Part shown: positions 1-7,517 of the stretch, in pieces
How positions within the stretch are numbered: the stretch's first letter is position 1
Layout: every line of letters starts with the position of its first letter
Source of the DNA: Thermodesulfitimonas autotrophica
GTDB taxonomy: Bacteria > Bacillota > Desulfotomaculia > Desulfotomaculales > Ammonificaceae
Direction of reading: 5' to 3'
Length of the DNA stretch: 24,000 nucleotides
NCBI RefSeq assembly: GCF_003815015.1
Contig: NZ_RKRE01000001.1
Span: 46,460 to 70,459 of the forward strand
Program-made: the position numbers and the translations under genes
The notes under the pieces: generated by a model
Told to the model about the DNA's origin: nothing
Databases searched by the model: none
Seen by the model: only the letters and a program-made list of their open reading frames with translations

Positions 1-2
1 AG

Positions 3-188
3 GAAGAGGCGCCGCGTATCTTGGGGGTGCTGGTGGTGGCCGACGGCGCCGCCGATCCGGCAGTGAAGGCGGAAATCTTCCGCGCGGTTCAGGTGGCGCT
101 CGGCGTTGAAGCGCACCGGGTCCTCGTCCTGCCACGCCAGCGGCACACCGGGGTTGCTTTTCCCTCAGGAGCTGAGGGCGCCAAATGA
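3..188 (+). CDS. spoIIIAG: Stage III sporulation protein AG, C-terminal fragment (truncated by window start)
   Basis: Frame 3 reads EEAPRILGVLVVADGAADPAVKAEIFRAVQVALGVEAHRVLVLPRQ...AEGAK*, the typical SpoIIIAG C-terminus (GVLVVA-G--DP-VK--I--AVQ-LLG---HRV-VLP). It sits immediately upstream of spoIIIAH. Confidence 0.85.
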   Translation, partial: EEAPRILGVLVVADGAADPAVKAEIFRAVQVALGVEAHRVLVLPRQRHTGVAFPSGAEGAK

Positions 189-249
189 GGCTTGAAGGGC
201 GGTTGCCGTTAAAGTGCCGTCAGGGAAAAATCTTACGGGAGGTGCGAGA

Positions 250-777
250 ATGGCGCGTTTTGTGCTGCTGCCGAAGCGGGTGGTAGTCGGTTTCGTGGTC
301 CTTCTTCTCGCCGGGGGCGTGGCCCTTACGGCCTGCGGGGGCTGGACGGCGACCAAGGATGGCGCGCGCCAGGCGGCCGGGAAGGTAACTGTGGTCAGCG
401 CCCCTTACCAGCAGGAGGTGAAGGCACCCCGGGACAGTTTCTTTGTGGACTACAGCCTTGAGCGCGAAATCAACCGCAGCCGTCAGCTCGAGCTTTTACG
501 GGAGATCGCGTCCGGGACGGCTACCGACGAGGCGACGCGGAAGCGGGCGCAGGAGCGCTTGATGGTGCTTAGCGAACGGGCGGAGAAGGAGGCGCGGTTA
601 GAAGGCATCCTGCGGGCGAAGGGGTTTAAGGATGCCGCCGTGGCGATTGGGGAGCAGAGCGTGACGGTGATCGTGCCGGGAAGGGTCCCTCCTGAGGAGA
701 CGACCACCATTGCGGCCCTTGTTTACCACACCGTTGGGGTGCCGCAGGAGCAGGTAGTTATTCTCGGGCACGAGTGA
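250..777 (+). CDS. spoIIIAH: Stage III sporulation protein AH (SpoIIIAH-like)
   Basis: MARFVLLPKRVVVGFVVLLLAGG... gives an N-terminal TM segment. It is followed by FFVDYSLEREINRSRQLELLREI...A and a C-terminal ring-building-like domain (ILRAKGFKDAAVAIGEQSVTVIVP...). SD GGGAGGTG lies just upstream of ATG 250. Confidence 0.85.
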   Translation: MARFVLLPKRVVVGFVVLLLAGGVALTACGGWTATKDGARQAAGKVTVVSAPYQQEVKAPRDSFFVDYSLEREINRSRQLELLREIASGTATDEATRKRAQERLMVLSERAEKEARLEGILRAKGFKDAAVAIGEQSVTVIVPGRVPPEETTTIAALVYHTVGVPQEQVVILGHE

Positions 778-781
778 AGTT

Positions 782-1669
782 TTAACCGAAAATCCGGGCG
801 AAGACGTAATCGGCCTTGAGGCGCGCCATAGCGGTAACCTTTTCGATGTCGGCGCCAAGACATATCGCCAGGAGCTGGGCGTAATGGAGGACGGGGATTT
901 TGAAGTGAATGCGCTGTCTGGTAAGGAGGAACTCCTGGGCCATATCCAGCTGGAGCAAACAGGAGCTGCAGCCGGTGACGATCAGGTGGGGGTTAGCCTC
1001 CTCCTTTATCGAACGCAATTTTCTTTCTACCAGGATTAACGACTTGCTCAAGTCCGTGCTGCGCATCCCGCCCATGCCGCAGCAATCAAGTAACCGGCTG
1101 TAGTAGGGAACGGTAGCTCCTAAGGCTGCGCAGAGTTCTTTGAGGGCCGTAGGGTGGAAGGGGTCTTCTTCCCCTTCTTGGCACATCCTCCTGGGCCAGA
1201 GGGTGAGGCAACCTGGTTGGATGGCGATCCGGAGACCCTGGAGGCAGTTTTGCGTTGCTTCCCGAATCCGCTCCCGCCCAACTTCCCGGAGGAGGAAATA
1301 GACGATGTGCCTTGCCCGGCTAGTTCCTTTGTACTCCTTACCGACCTCCCGGAGCAAGGCATCGACTTTCTGCTGTACTGCGGCGTCGCTCAGGATAACG
1401 TTTCTGGCCCGGGTAAGGCTGCCGTAACACGTGCTGCAGACAGTGACCAGGTCTACCCCCTTCTTTTCTGCCAGCGCGAGGTTTCGGGCGGCCAGGGCGC
1501 ACCAGCCGGCAAGGTCTATTGAAGGCAAGGTGCCCCAGGTAGGGCAGCAGGACTGTCCCTCAATATCCTCCAACGTTACGCCGAGTCGGGGCAGGGCGAA
1601 ACGGACCGCGAGCTCGAGGTCGGGCCGGTTAAAAGCGACGTTACAACCAATAAAAAAACCTATCCGCAT
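782..1669 (-). CDS. hdrB: CoB--CoM heterodisulfide reductase subunit B-like protein (HdrB copy 1)
   Basis: Two Cys-rich CCG-type domains: GC...SCCPTWG...CSTC and QPGC...LDCCGMGG...CSSC. Homologous over its full length to the ORF at 6048-6938 and adjacent to hdrC. Confidence 0.9.
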   Translation of the reverse strand: MRIGFFIGCNVAFNRPDLELAVRFALPRLGVTLEDIEGQSCCPTWGTLPSIDLAGWCALAARNLALAEKKGVDLVTVCSTCYGSLTRARNVILSDAAVQQKVDALLREVGKEYKGTSRARHIVYFLLREVGRERIREATQNCLQGLRIAIQPGCLTLWPRRMCQEGEEDPFHPTALKELCAALGATVPYYSRLLDCCGMGGMRSTDLSKSLILVERKLRSIKEEANPHLIVTGCSSCLLQLDMAQEFLLTRQRIHFKIPVLHYAQLLAICLGADIEKVTAMARLKADYVFARIFG

Positions 1670-1673
1670 CCCA

Positions 1674-2264
1674 TCACCATAACTTTTTATCCGTTATCCC
1701 GTAGAGGCTCTCGCCAGTCGGGCCCATGGGGATGATCCCTAATTTGGCCAGAGCTGTCCGGCGCATGATCGCCTGCACCTCCCCGAGCGCCTTGGAGGAC
1801 GCCAGCGTTGTCGGCGGTTTTTCCGGGAGACCGATTTTTTTTCGGGGCGGCCCGGCTTCGGCAAGATGAACGGCGTGCCCGGTTTCGTAAAGGGAACGGA
1901 GGCCCTCGACGGCCATGGCGGGGAGCGCGTACTCGGATACCGCAAACCGGCGGGCAGCGAGGATGATTCCGAAGGAATCTATCCCCTGGGGACATACCTC
2001 CGTACACCGGTTGCAAGACTGACACGCCCAAATGGAAGCGTCGTTTAAAAGGAGCTCTTTGAAGCCCATCAGGATGGTCTGAATGAGGCGCTTGTTGAAA
2101 AAAGGAAAACCGGTCAGAACCAAAGGGCAGGCGGCGGCACACTTGCCGCACTGGGTGCAAGCAAAGATATCCGCCGCTCCGAGGGTGCGAACCGTATCTG
2201 CCAGACCGGGATCACTCTGGGTGGGGTCGAAGATTGTTGGGTCTGGTTCTTTAAAGAGGAGCAT
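1674..2264 (-). CDS. hdrC: Heterodisulfide reductase subunit C-like protein, 2x[4Fe-4S] (HdrC copy 1)
   Basis: CTQCGKCAAACP and CQSCNRCTEVCP motifs. The start MLLFKEPD (ATG 2262-2264) has SD CGGGAGGAA at 2271-2279 on the - strand, so the longer ORF start at 2291 is less likely. Confidence 0.88.
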   Translation of the reverse strand: MLLFKEPDPTIFDPTQSDPGLADTVRTLGAADIFACTQCGKCAAACPLVLTGFPFFNKRLIQTILMGFKELLLNDASIWACQSCNRCTEVCPQGIDSFGIILAARRFAVSEYALPAMAVEGLRSLYETGHAVHLAEAGPPRKKIGLPEKPPTTLASSKALGEVQAIMRRTALAKLGIIPMGPTGESLYGITDKKLW

Positions 2265-2456
2265 CCCCGTTTCCTCCCGTAAAGGAGCCATTCTTCGCCT
2301 TGATAATCTGTTAATTCAACATCTTTTAAGCGATTCCTCTTTTAGTTACCTATGCTTTGTCGCGTTACTTCTAACAGTTTACCGTCAACCCTGCGGGGGA
2401 ACGCTTACCAGCGAAGAGTCTTGGGTTTGGGTGCGGATATGGGACGGGATAGTTGT

Positions 2457-2918
2457 TTACGCTTGCGGCTCCTTTCCCGCAGGAAAAAGATGCTTCTTTA
2501 TCCGGCTTACCGCTTCCGGAACGGCCGCTGCCACCTCTGGCGTACACTCCCGGCCAAAAGAGGTTGCGTCCGCAACCTCAACCGTCACAATTTTGATTTC
2601 GCGGGGCATCTCTGGACCGAATAGTTCGTAGCCGATCTTTAAAGTGGTGGGCAAGGAGAGATTGTGGGTGCCGGAGAAGGTGTAGGTATAAAAAAGGTCG
2701 TCCGGGGTGAATTCGCGCACCGTTCCCGGCGCATCCCCCAGCCTGACGCCGTCAACGATGATTGCCCGGTCGTAGCCGAGCAGCTTGTCAAGAACCTTAA
2801 AGTCGGTGGTCATCAAAATCTCGGTGTCCACCACGCCTTCGAAATGACGGGCAACCTTAATCCCGACGGCGTCGTCGGTTAAAACCGGGTTGCCGATACC
2901 GAGCACGATGGTGCGCAA
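2457..2918 (-). CDS. [NiFe]-hydrogenase maturation endopeptidase (HybD/HycI/HyaD family)
   Basis: N-terminus MRTIVLGIGNPVLTDDAVGIKVA matches the GxGNxxxxDDxxG signature. It is located next to the hydrogenase large-subunit gene. Confidence 0.88.
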   Translation of the reverse strand: MRTIVLGIGNPVLTDDAVGIKVARHFEGVVDTEILMTTDFKVLDKLLGYDRAIIVDGVRLGDAPGTVREFTPDDLFYTYTFSGTHNLSLPTTLKIGYELFGPEMPREIKIVTVEVADATSFGRECTPEVAAAVPEAVSRIKKHLFPAGKEPQA

Positions 2919-3190
2919 TCATCTCACCCCTGAGGAACGTTTGACGTTAAACGTTCAAAGTTTTAGCAGCCGCTAATCTCGAATCAGCGGGGCGTCTCCG
3001 GCACGAAAGGCATTGCGGGCAGCACCAGAAGCGCCCCCGCACTCAGGCGAAATCTACGTGCCCCAAATGGCGGTTAGGTTTCATTAGGCACTCCGCCCGA
3101 GTGCGGGGCTACGCTCTTTCCGGCTTCAGCGGGCAACGTTACCATTTTAAACCTGCCGTTAGTATGGGCAAACGTTTACACCGCTGTTTC

Positions 3191-4654
3191 TTAAAAATTC
3201 CGCAAGGTTTTGTAAAGTTCGCCCTTATGGTCGTAAATATCTACCTGAACCGGCAGCCGGCCCGGCAGAACGTGGGTGGCGCAGGCCAGGCAGATATCGT
3301 AGGGTCGGTAGGCGATCTCCACGAGATTCAAAATGCCCTCGTCCACTTTCCCGTTCCGGATAAAGTGGGCGGCGGCGCGTCTAACCGCAACGTTGATGGG
3401 GCCTTTGTTGTGGGTGGTGGCCACAATCAGGTTGGCCTCCTGGACGATGCCCTTATCATCGGTCTTATAGTGGTGGATTAAAGTGCCGCGGCAGGCTTCG
3501 ATGATACCTACGCCTTCGCTTGGCTTGCCGAGCTCGGCCCGGACGTCGGGGCTGGTGATGCTCTCGTCCGCGGCTATTTGTTGCACCTTCTCAGCCGCGT
3601 TGAGCAGCTCGATGGCCCGGGCCCAGTGGTAGGCCAGGATGTTATGCACGGGTTTTACGCCGAAGGTTGCGAACATCCGCTCGTAGGCCTCCTGGGCGAG
3701 CGGCGTATCCATTCCCTCCGCGACGTTAAGCCGCGCGAGCGGCCCGACGCAGTAGAGGCTTGTACCCGGGCCGTCGACGATGCCCTTCCAGCCGATCGGT
3801 TTCAAATACGGCATCTTAAGGTAGCTCCAGGGAAGCACCCTTTCGGCAATGAAGTCGAGGTAACCCTTGCCGGTGAAACGGCCGATCTCCCTGCCTTCGG
3901 TATCGACGATCCGCTGGATACCGTCGTAATACTGAACCCGGTTTTTCTCGTCCACCGTTCCCATATAGTTGACTACAACCTTGTAAACGTCGCCGGTGAC
4001 TAACTTCATGTAGTTTTCGTTTTTGAGCACCACGTCTTCGAAGACCTTGAGGGTGAGCTGGCCCAGTTCAACCATTTCTTTGGCGAGGGCGAGGATCTCT
4101 TTTCGTTCTTCTTCCGTCACCCGCTTCGACCAGCCGCCCGGCAGTGCGGCTACCGGATGGATGGGTTTCCCGGCCAGCATCTCGATTACCTTGACCGCGG
4201 CGTAACGCTTCTTGAGCACCAACTTGCCGGTTTCGGCGCCAACGGCCTGGATAAGACCGATGAGGTTCCGCTCGGCCGGGCTGGCGGTGGGACCGGCCAC
4301 GAAATCCGGGAAACCGAGGGCGTAGAGAATTGCGGCGTGGTCCTCCACGTAGTGGGAATTGAGCACTAACTCCCGGATCTTCCGCGCGGTCGGCGTCGGC
4401 TCTACCTGGTAGACCGCGTCCGCCGCCTTTACCGACGCGGTGAAGTGGACGCAGCGGCAGACGCCGCAGATGGTAGAAACGGTCCGCGGCACCTCTTCGA
4501 TGGGCATGCCGCGGAGGAACTGCTCGTAGCCGCGGAGCTCGACCGTCTGGAAGAAGGCGTTATCTACATTCCCCTGCTCGTCGAGAAAAACGGTAATCTT
4601 GCCGTGGCCTTCGAGCCGGGTCATCGGGTTGATTTCGATCTTCGTGACCGACAT
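3191..4654 (-). CDS. mvhA: [NiFe]-hydrogenase large subunit, MvhA/group 3c-like
   Basis: L1-like motif ICGVCRCVH and C-terminal DICLACATH followed by a cleavable tail VLPGRLPVQVDIYDHKGELYKTLRNF. N-terminus ITRLEGHGKITVFLDEQGNV. Genes for mvhG, mvhD and hdr are adjacent. Confidence 0.92.
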   Translation of the reverse strand: MSVTKIEINPMTRLEGHGKITVFLDEQGNVDNAFFQTVELRGYEQFLRGMPIEEVPRTVSTICGVCRCVHFTASVKAADAVYQVEPTPTARKIRELVLNSHYVEDHAAILYALGFPDFVAGPTASPAERNLIGLIQAVGAETGKLVLKKRYAAVKVIEMLAGKPIHPVAALPGGWSKRVTEEERKEILALAKEMVELGQLTLKVFEDVVLKNENYMKLVTGDVYKVVVNYMGTVDEKNRVQYYDGIQRIVDTEGREIGRFTGKGYLDFIAERVLPWSYLKMPYLKPIGWKGIVDGPGTSLYCVGPLARLNVAEGMDTPLAQEAYERMFATFGVKPVHNILAYHWARAIELLNAAEKVQQIAADESITSPDVRAELGKPSEGVGIIEACRGTLIHHYKTDDKGIVQEANLIVATTHNKGPINVAVRRAAAHFIRNGKVDEGILNLVEIAYRPYDICLACATHVLPGRLPVQVDIYDHKGELYKTLRNF

Positions 4655-4670
4655 TGGTATTCACCCCTAT

Positions 4671-5636
4671 CTATTTCACTTTTTGGCCCAGCAAGGAGGC
4701 GGGCAAAGAGTAACGGTAAAAAAGCTTGACCGGGCTGGGGATCTGATCAACCAGCGCTTCGTCCGCGAGGAGCCCGGCGATGGCGCTCACGGCCCGCAAA
4801 CCGAAGTCCTTGACGCCGGGGATGGGCCCGCCGCAGCCCCGACACGGAATGTTGACCTTCGGGCACAGCGCACCGCAGTCGCCCTGGGTTACCGGTCCCA
4901 GGCAGAGGTAGCCCTGCTGCAGGAGGCACTTGCCTTCTCCCGGAACGCCGTCGATGGTCCGCTTGATTTCCTTAATCGGCTGCCTTTCTTCGCCTCTGGC
5001 AGCCGGATTGCGGTCGCATACGTCACAGACGGCCTTACCGCTCGTAATCCAAGAGCCGGGCGGTGGCAGCTTGCCTTGAAGAATGGCCAGGATGGCCTGG
5101 CCGACGAAAGAGTGGTGGGGCGGGCAGCCGCCGACAAAGTAATCGACGGGCACGACGTCCTGAAGGGTCCGCACGTGACCGTAGAACTCGGGTAGGGTGA
5201 GTTCGTACTTGCCGTCCACCACGCACCTTGTCTGGGGGGTGATGCCCTCCGGGTTATCGGTGCTGTAAGTGTCGAAGTAGGCGGTCCGGAAGATTTCTTC
5301 TTTCGTGTGCATGTTACCCATGCCCGGGATGCCGCCGAGCGCGGCGCAGGCGCCGTAGGCAACCAGGACCTTGCACTTCTGGCGCATCACTTTGGCGATG
5401 TGCTCCTGCTCGCCGAGGCGGACCATACCGGAGTAAAGCCCGACGTCGATTGATTTGTCCGGCATCGCCTCGAGGTCTTTGTACTTCACGTCGGCAACGG
5501 TGGGAGCCCAGAAGACTACTTCGAGCTGGGGCAGCACGTCTACCAACGTTTCCGACAGGTCTACGATGGCCATATCGCAGCCGCCACACCCGCCGGAGAG
5601 GAAATAGGCTAAGCTAAGCTTACCGGCCATCTCCAT
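4671..5636 (-). CDS. mvhG: [NiFe]-hydrogenase small subunit, MvhG-like
   Basis: SGGCGGCDMAIVD, YGACAALGG and GGCPPHH motifs, plus C-terminal Cys-rich segments for [4Fe-4S] clusters. Located between mvhD and mvhA. Confidence 0.92.
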   Translation of the reverse strand: MEMAGKLSLAYFLSGGCGGCDMAIVDLSETLVDVLPQLEVVFWAPTVADVKYKDLEAMPDKSIDVGLYSGMVRLGEQEHIAKVMRQKCKVLVAYGACAALGGIPGMGNMHTKEEIFRTAYFDTYSTDNPEGITPQTRCVVDGKYELTLPEFYGHVRTLQDVVPVDYFVGGCPPHHSFVGQAILAILQGKLPPPGSWITSGKAVCDVCDRNPAARGEERQPIKEIKRTIDGVPGEGKCLLQQGYLCLGPVTQGDCGALCPKVNIPCRGCGGPIPGVKDFGLRAVSAIAGLLADEALVDQIPSPVKLFYRYSLPASLLGQKVK

Positions 5637-6051
5637 CCCTCCCGAGGGGATTCGGGCCGAGTTCCCGAATCTTTTTATCGAATTCCGTCATTACTTCGGC
5701 GAAGCGCTTTCCTTCGGAGCCGGAGATCCACTCCAACCGCACCCTTTCGGGTTCAATGCCCATTTCGGTGAGCATCCGTTTGAGGAGGTTGAAGCGACGG
5801 ATGGCCTTGTAATTACCCTCCTTATAATGGCAGTCGCCGAAATGGCAGCCGCCCACAAAGACACCGTCGGCCCCCTTTTTGAGCGCCGTTACGATGAACT
5901 CGGGCTCTATCCGTCCGGAACAAGGGACCCTCACGATCTTGATGGTGGGCGGATAGGAATAGCGCAGGCTGCCTGCGAGGTCCGCCCCCTGGTAGGTACA
6001 CCAGTTGCAGGCAAAGACCACGATGTTGGGCGTCCAATCACCCATCTTCAT
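5620..6051 (-). CDS. mvhD: F420-non-reducing hydrogenase iron-sulfur subunit D (MvhD) that couples to HdrA
   Basis: IVVFACNWCTYQGADLAG..., RVPCSGRIEPEFI..ALKKGADGVFVGGCHFGDCHY.EGNYKAIRR, typical of MvhD. Overlaps the neighbouring genes as expected in an operon. Confidence 0.92.
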   Translation of the reverse strand: MKMGDWTPNIVVFACNWCTYQGADLAGSLRYSYPPTIKIVRVPCSGRIEPEFIVTALKKGADGVFVGGCHFGDCHYKEGNYKAIRRFNLLKRMLTEMGIEPERVRLEWISGSEGKRFAEVMTEFDKKIRELGPNPLGRDGDGR

Positions 6052-6938
6052 CCCTCCAGGATTTTATTTACGACCGACTGCACATTTGTTTTGCCGAGGC
6101 TCGCAACCTGCCCCGGTTCCGCCCCGAGGCAGAGGGCTAAAAGCTGCATGTAGTGTAGAACTGGTATCTCATAGTTAATCTTTCGGTCTTTTTGCAGGAA
6201 CCCTTGAGCCGTATCCAGCTGGATCAGGCAGGAACTACAGGCGGTGACGATCAGGTCCGGGTTGATCTCTTCCTTCATGGAGTTAAGTTTTTTCTCCACC
6301 AGCTTGAATGACTTCTCCATGTCGGTGCTGCGCATCCCGCCCATGCCGCAACAGTCGAGGAGCCGGCTGTAGTACGGCGCTTTGGCTCCGAGGGCTTCAC
6401 AGAGCTCGATTAAGACCTTAGGGTGGAACGTATCCTCTTCTTTGTCCTCGTAAACCTCACTCGGCCAGAGCGCGTGGCATCCCGGCTGGACCGCGATGGT
6501 TATGCCGTCGAGCTTGTGCCGGACGGCTTCCTTAATCTTCTCCGGGCCGAGCTCTTTGTACAGGTAACAGATCGCGTGTCTTATCCGGCTGGTTCCTTTG
6601 AATTCCCTCCCGATGCTTTTGAGCATCGCGTTGACCCGGGCCTTCAGCTCCGGATCGGATAGAAGCTTGTGGCGGCTTTCGGCCAGGCTGCCGTAACAGC
6701 TGCCGCAAACCGTGATCATGTCGAGGTTTTTTTCTTCTGCGAGCGCGTAATTTCTGGCGCCGACGGCGCACCAGCCGGCAAGGTCGATAGAAGGCATCGT
6801 CCCCCAGGTCGGGCAGCAGGACTGCCCTTCAAGGTCGTCGAGCTCCACGCCGAGCGCCGGGAAGGCGTAGCGCACCGCCTTTTCGAGATCGGGCCGGTTA
6901 AAGGCTGTATTGCAGCCGACAAAAAATCCTACACGCAT
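6048..6938 (-). CDS. hdrB: CoB--CoM heterodisulfide reductase subunit B-like protein (HdrB copy 2)
   Basis: Both CCG-type domains are complete: GC...SCCPTWG...CGSC and QPGCH...LDCCGMGG...CSSC. Translationally coupled to mvhD. Confidence 0.92.
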   Translation of the reverse strand: MRVGFFVGCNTAFNRPDLEKAVRYAFPALGVELDDLEGQSCCPTWGTMPSIDLAGWCAVGARNYALAEEKNLDMITVCGSCYGSLAESRHKLLSDPELKARVNAMLKSIGREFKGTSRIRHAICYLYKELGPEKIKEAVRHKLDGITIAVQPGCHALWPSEVYEDKEEDTFHPKVLIELCEALGAKAPYYSRLLDCCGMGGMRSTDMEKSFKLVEKKLNSMKEEINPDLIVTACSSCLIQLDTAQGFLQKDRKINYEIPVLHYMQLLALCLGAEPGQVASLGKTNVQSVVNKILEG

Positions 6939-6941
6939 AGG

Positions 6942-7517
6942 CTACACCTCGCAACTTTCTTTTACTCCGGACTTGCCCATGGGGATGATGCCCAGGTCAG
7001 ATAGAGCGGTCTGCTCGAGTAACGCCTGTAACTCGCGTAAAGCTGTTGGATGCGCAACCGTTGACGGGGGCTTTTGCGGCAGGCCGACCTTTACCCGGTT
7101 CTCGTGCGCCTGCGCGAGATAGACCGCGTGGCCGACATCGTAAAGCGACTTTATTCCTTCAATGGCCAGGGTGGGGAGGGCGAATTCGCGGACGGCTACG
7201 CGGCGCATGGCCTGCATTACCTCGAAGGGATTTACCTTCCGGGGACAGACCTCGGTACAACGGTTACAGGACTGGCAGGCCCAGATGGAGGTATCGTCGA
7301 GAAGCATCTCCTTCAAACCAAGCAGGATGGCCTGGATCACTCGCTTGTTAAAAAACGGGAAACCGGCAAGGGCCATCGGACAGGCGGCGGCGCACTTGGC
7401 ACATTGGATGCAATCAAGGATATGGGTGGCTCCGAGCGCCTTGATTTCGTCGACGAAGCCTTTTTCGCCTGCGGAAAGATTAATGACTTCCGGTACGGCT
7501 TCCGCAGCGTTAGACAT
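6942..7517 (-). CDS. hdrC: Heterodisulfide reductase subunit C-like protein (HdrC copy 2)
   Basis: CIQCAKCAAACP and CQSCNRCTEVCP. The start overlaps the hdrA stop. Confidence 0.92.
   Translation of the reverse strand: MSNAAEAVPEVINLSAGEKGFVDEIKALGATHILDCIQCAKCAAACPMALAGFPFFNKRVIQAILLGLKEMLLDDTSIWACQSCNRCTEVCPRKVNPFEVMQAMRRVAVREFALPTLAIEGIKSLYDVGHAVYLAQAHENRVKVGLPQKPPSTVAHPTALRELQALLEQTALSDLGIIPMGKSGVKESCEV

Noticed and set aside
165-356. ORF MVAVQPPQAVRATPPARRRTT... (-)
   Set aside because: Antisense to the spoIIIAG end and spoIIIAH start; low-complexity basic sequence typical of GC-rich shadow ORFs.
1154-1522. + strand ORF of 122 aa inside hdrB1
   Set aside because: Antisense to a clearly conserved HdrB gene; no recognisable domain and no SD.
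2083-2631. + strand ORF of 182 aa over hdrC1 and the protease 3' end
   Set aside because: Mostly antisense to supported genes; composition looks like a reading-frame by-product.
3101-3481. + strand ORF of 126 aa
   Set aside because: Antisense to the mvhA 3' end and the intergenic spacer; no family features.
4599-5195. + strand ORF of 198 aa
   Set aside because: Fully antisense to mvhG and mvhA, which have strong cysteine motifs.
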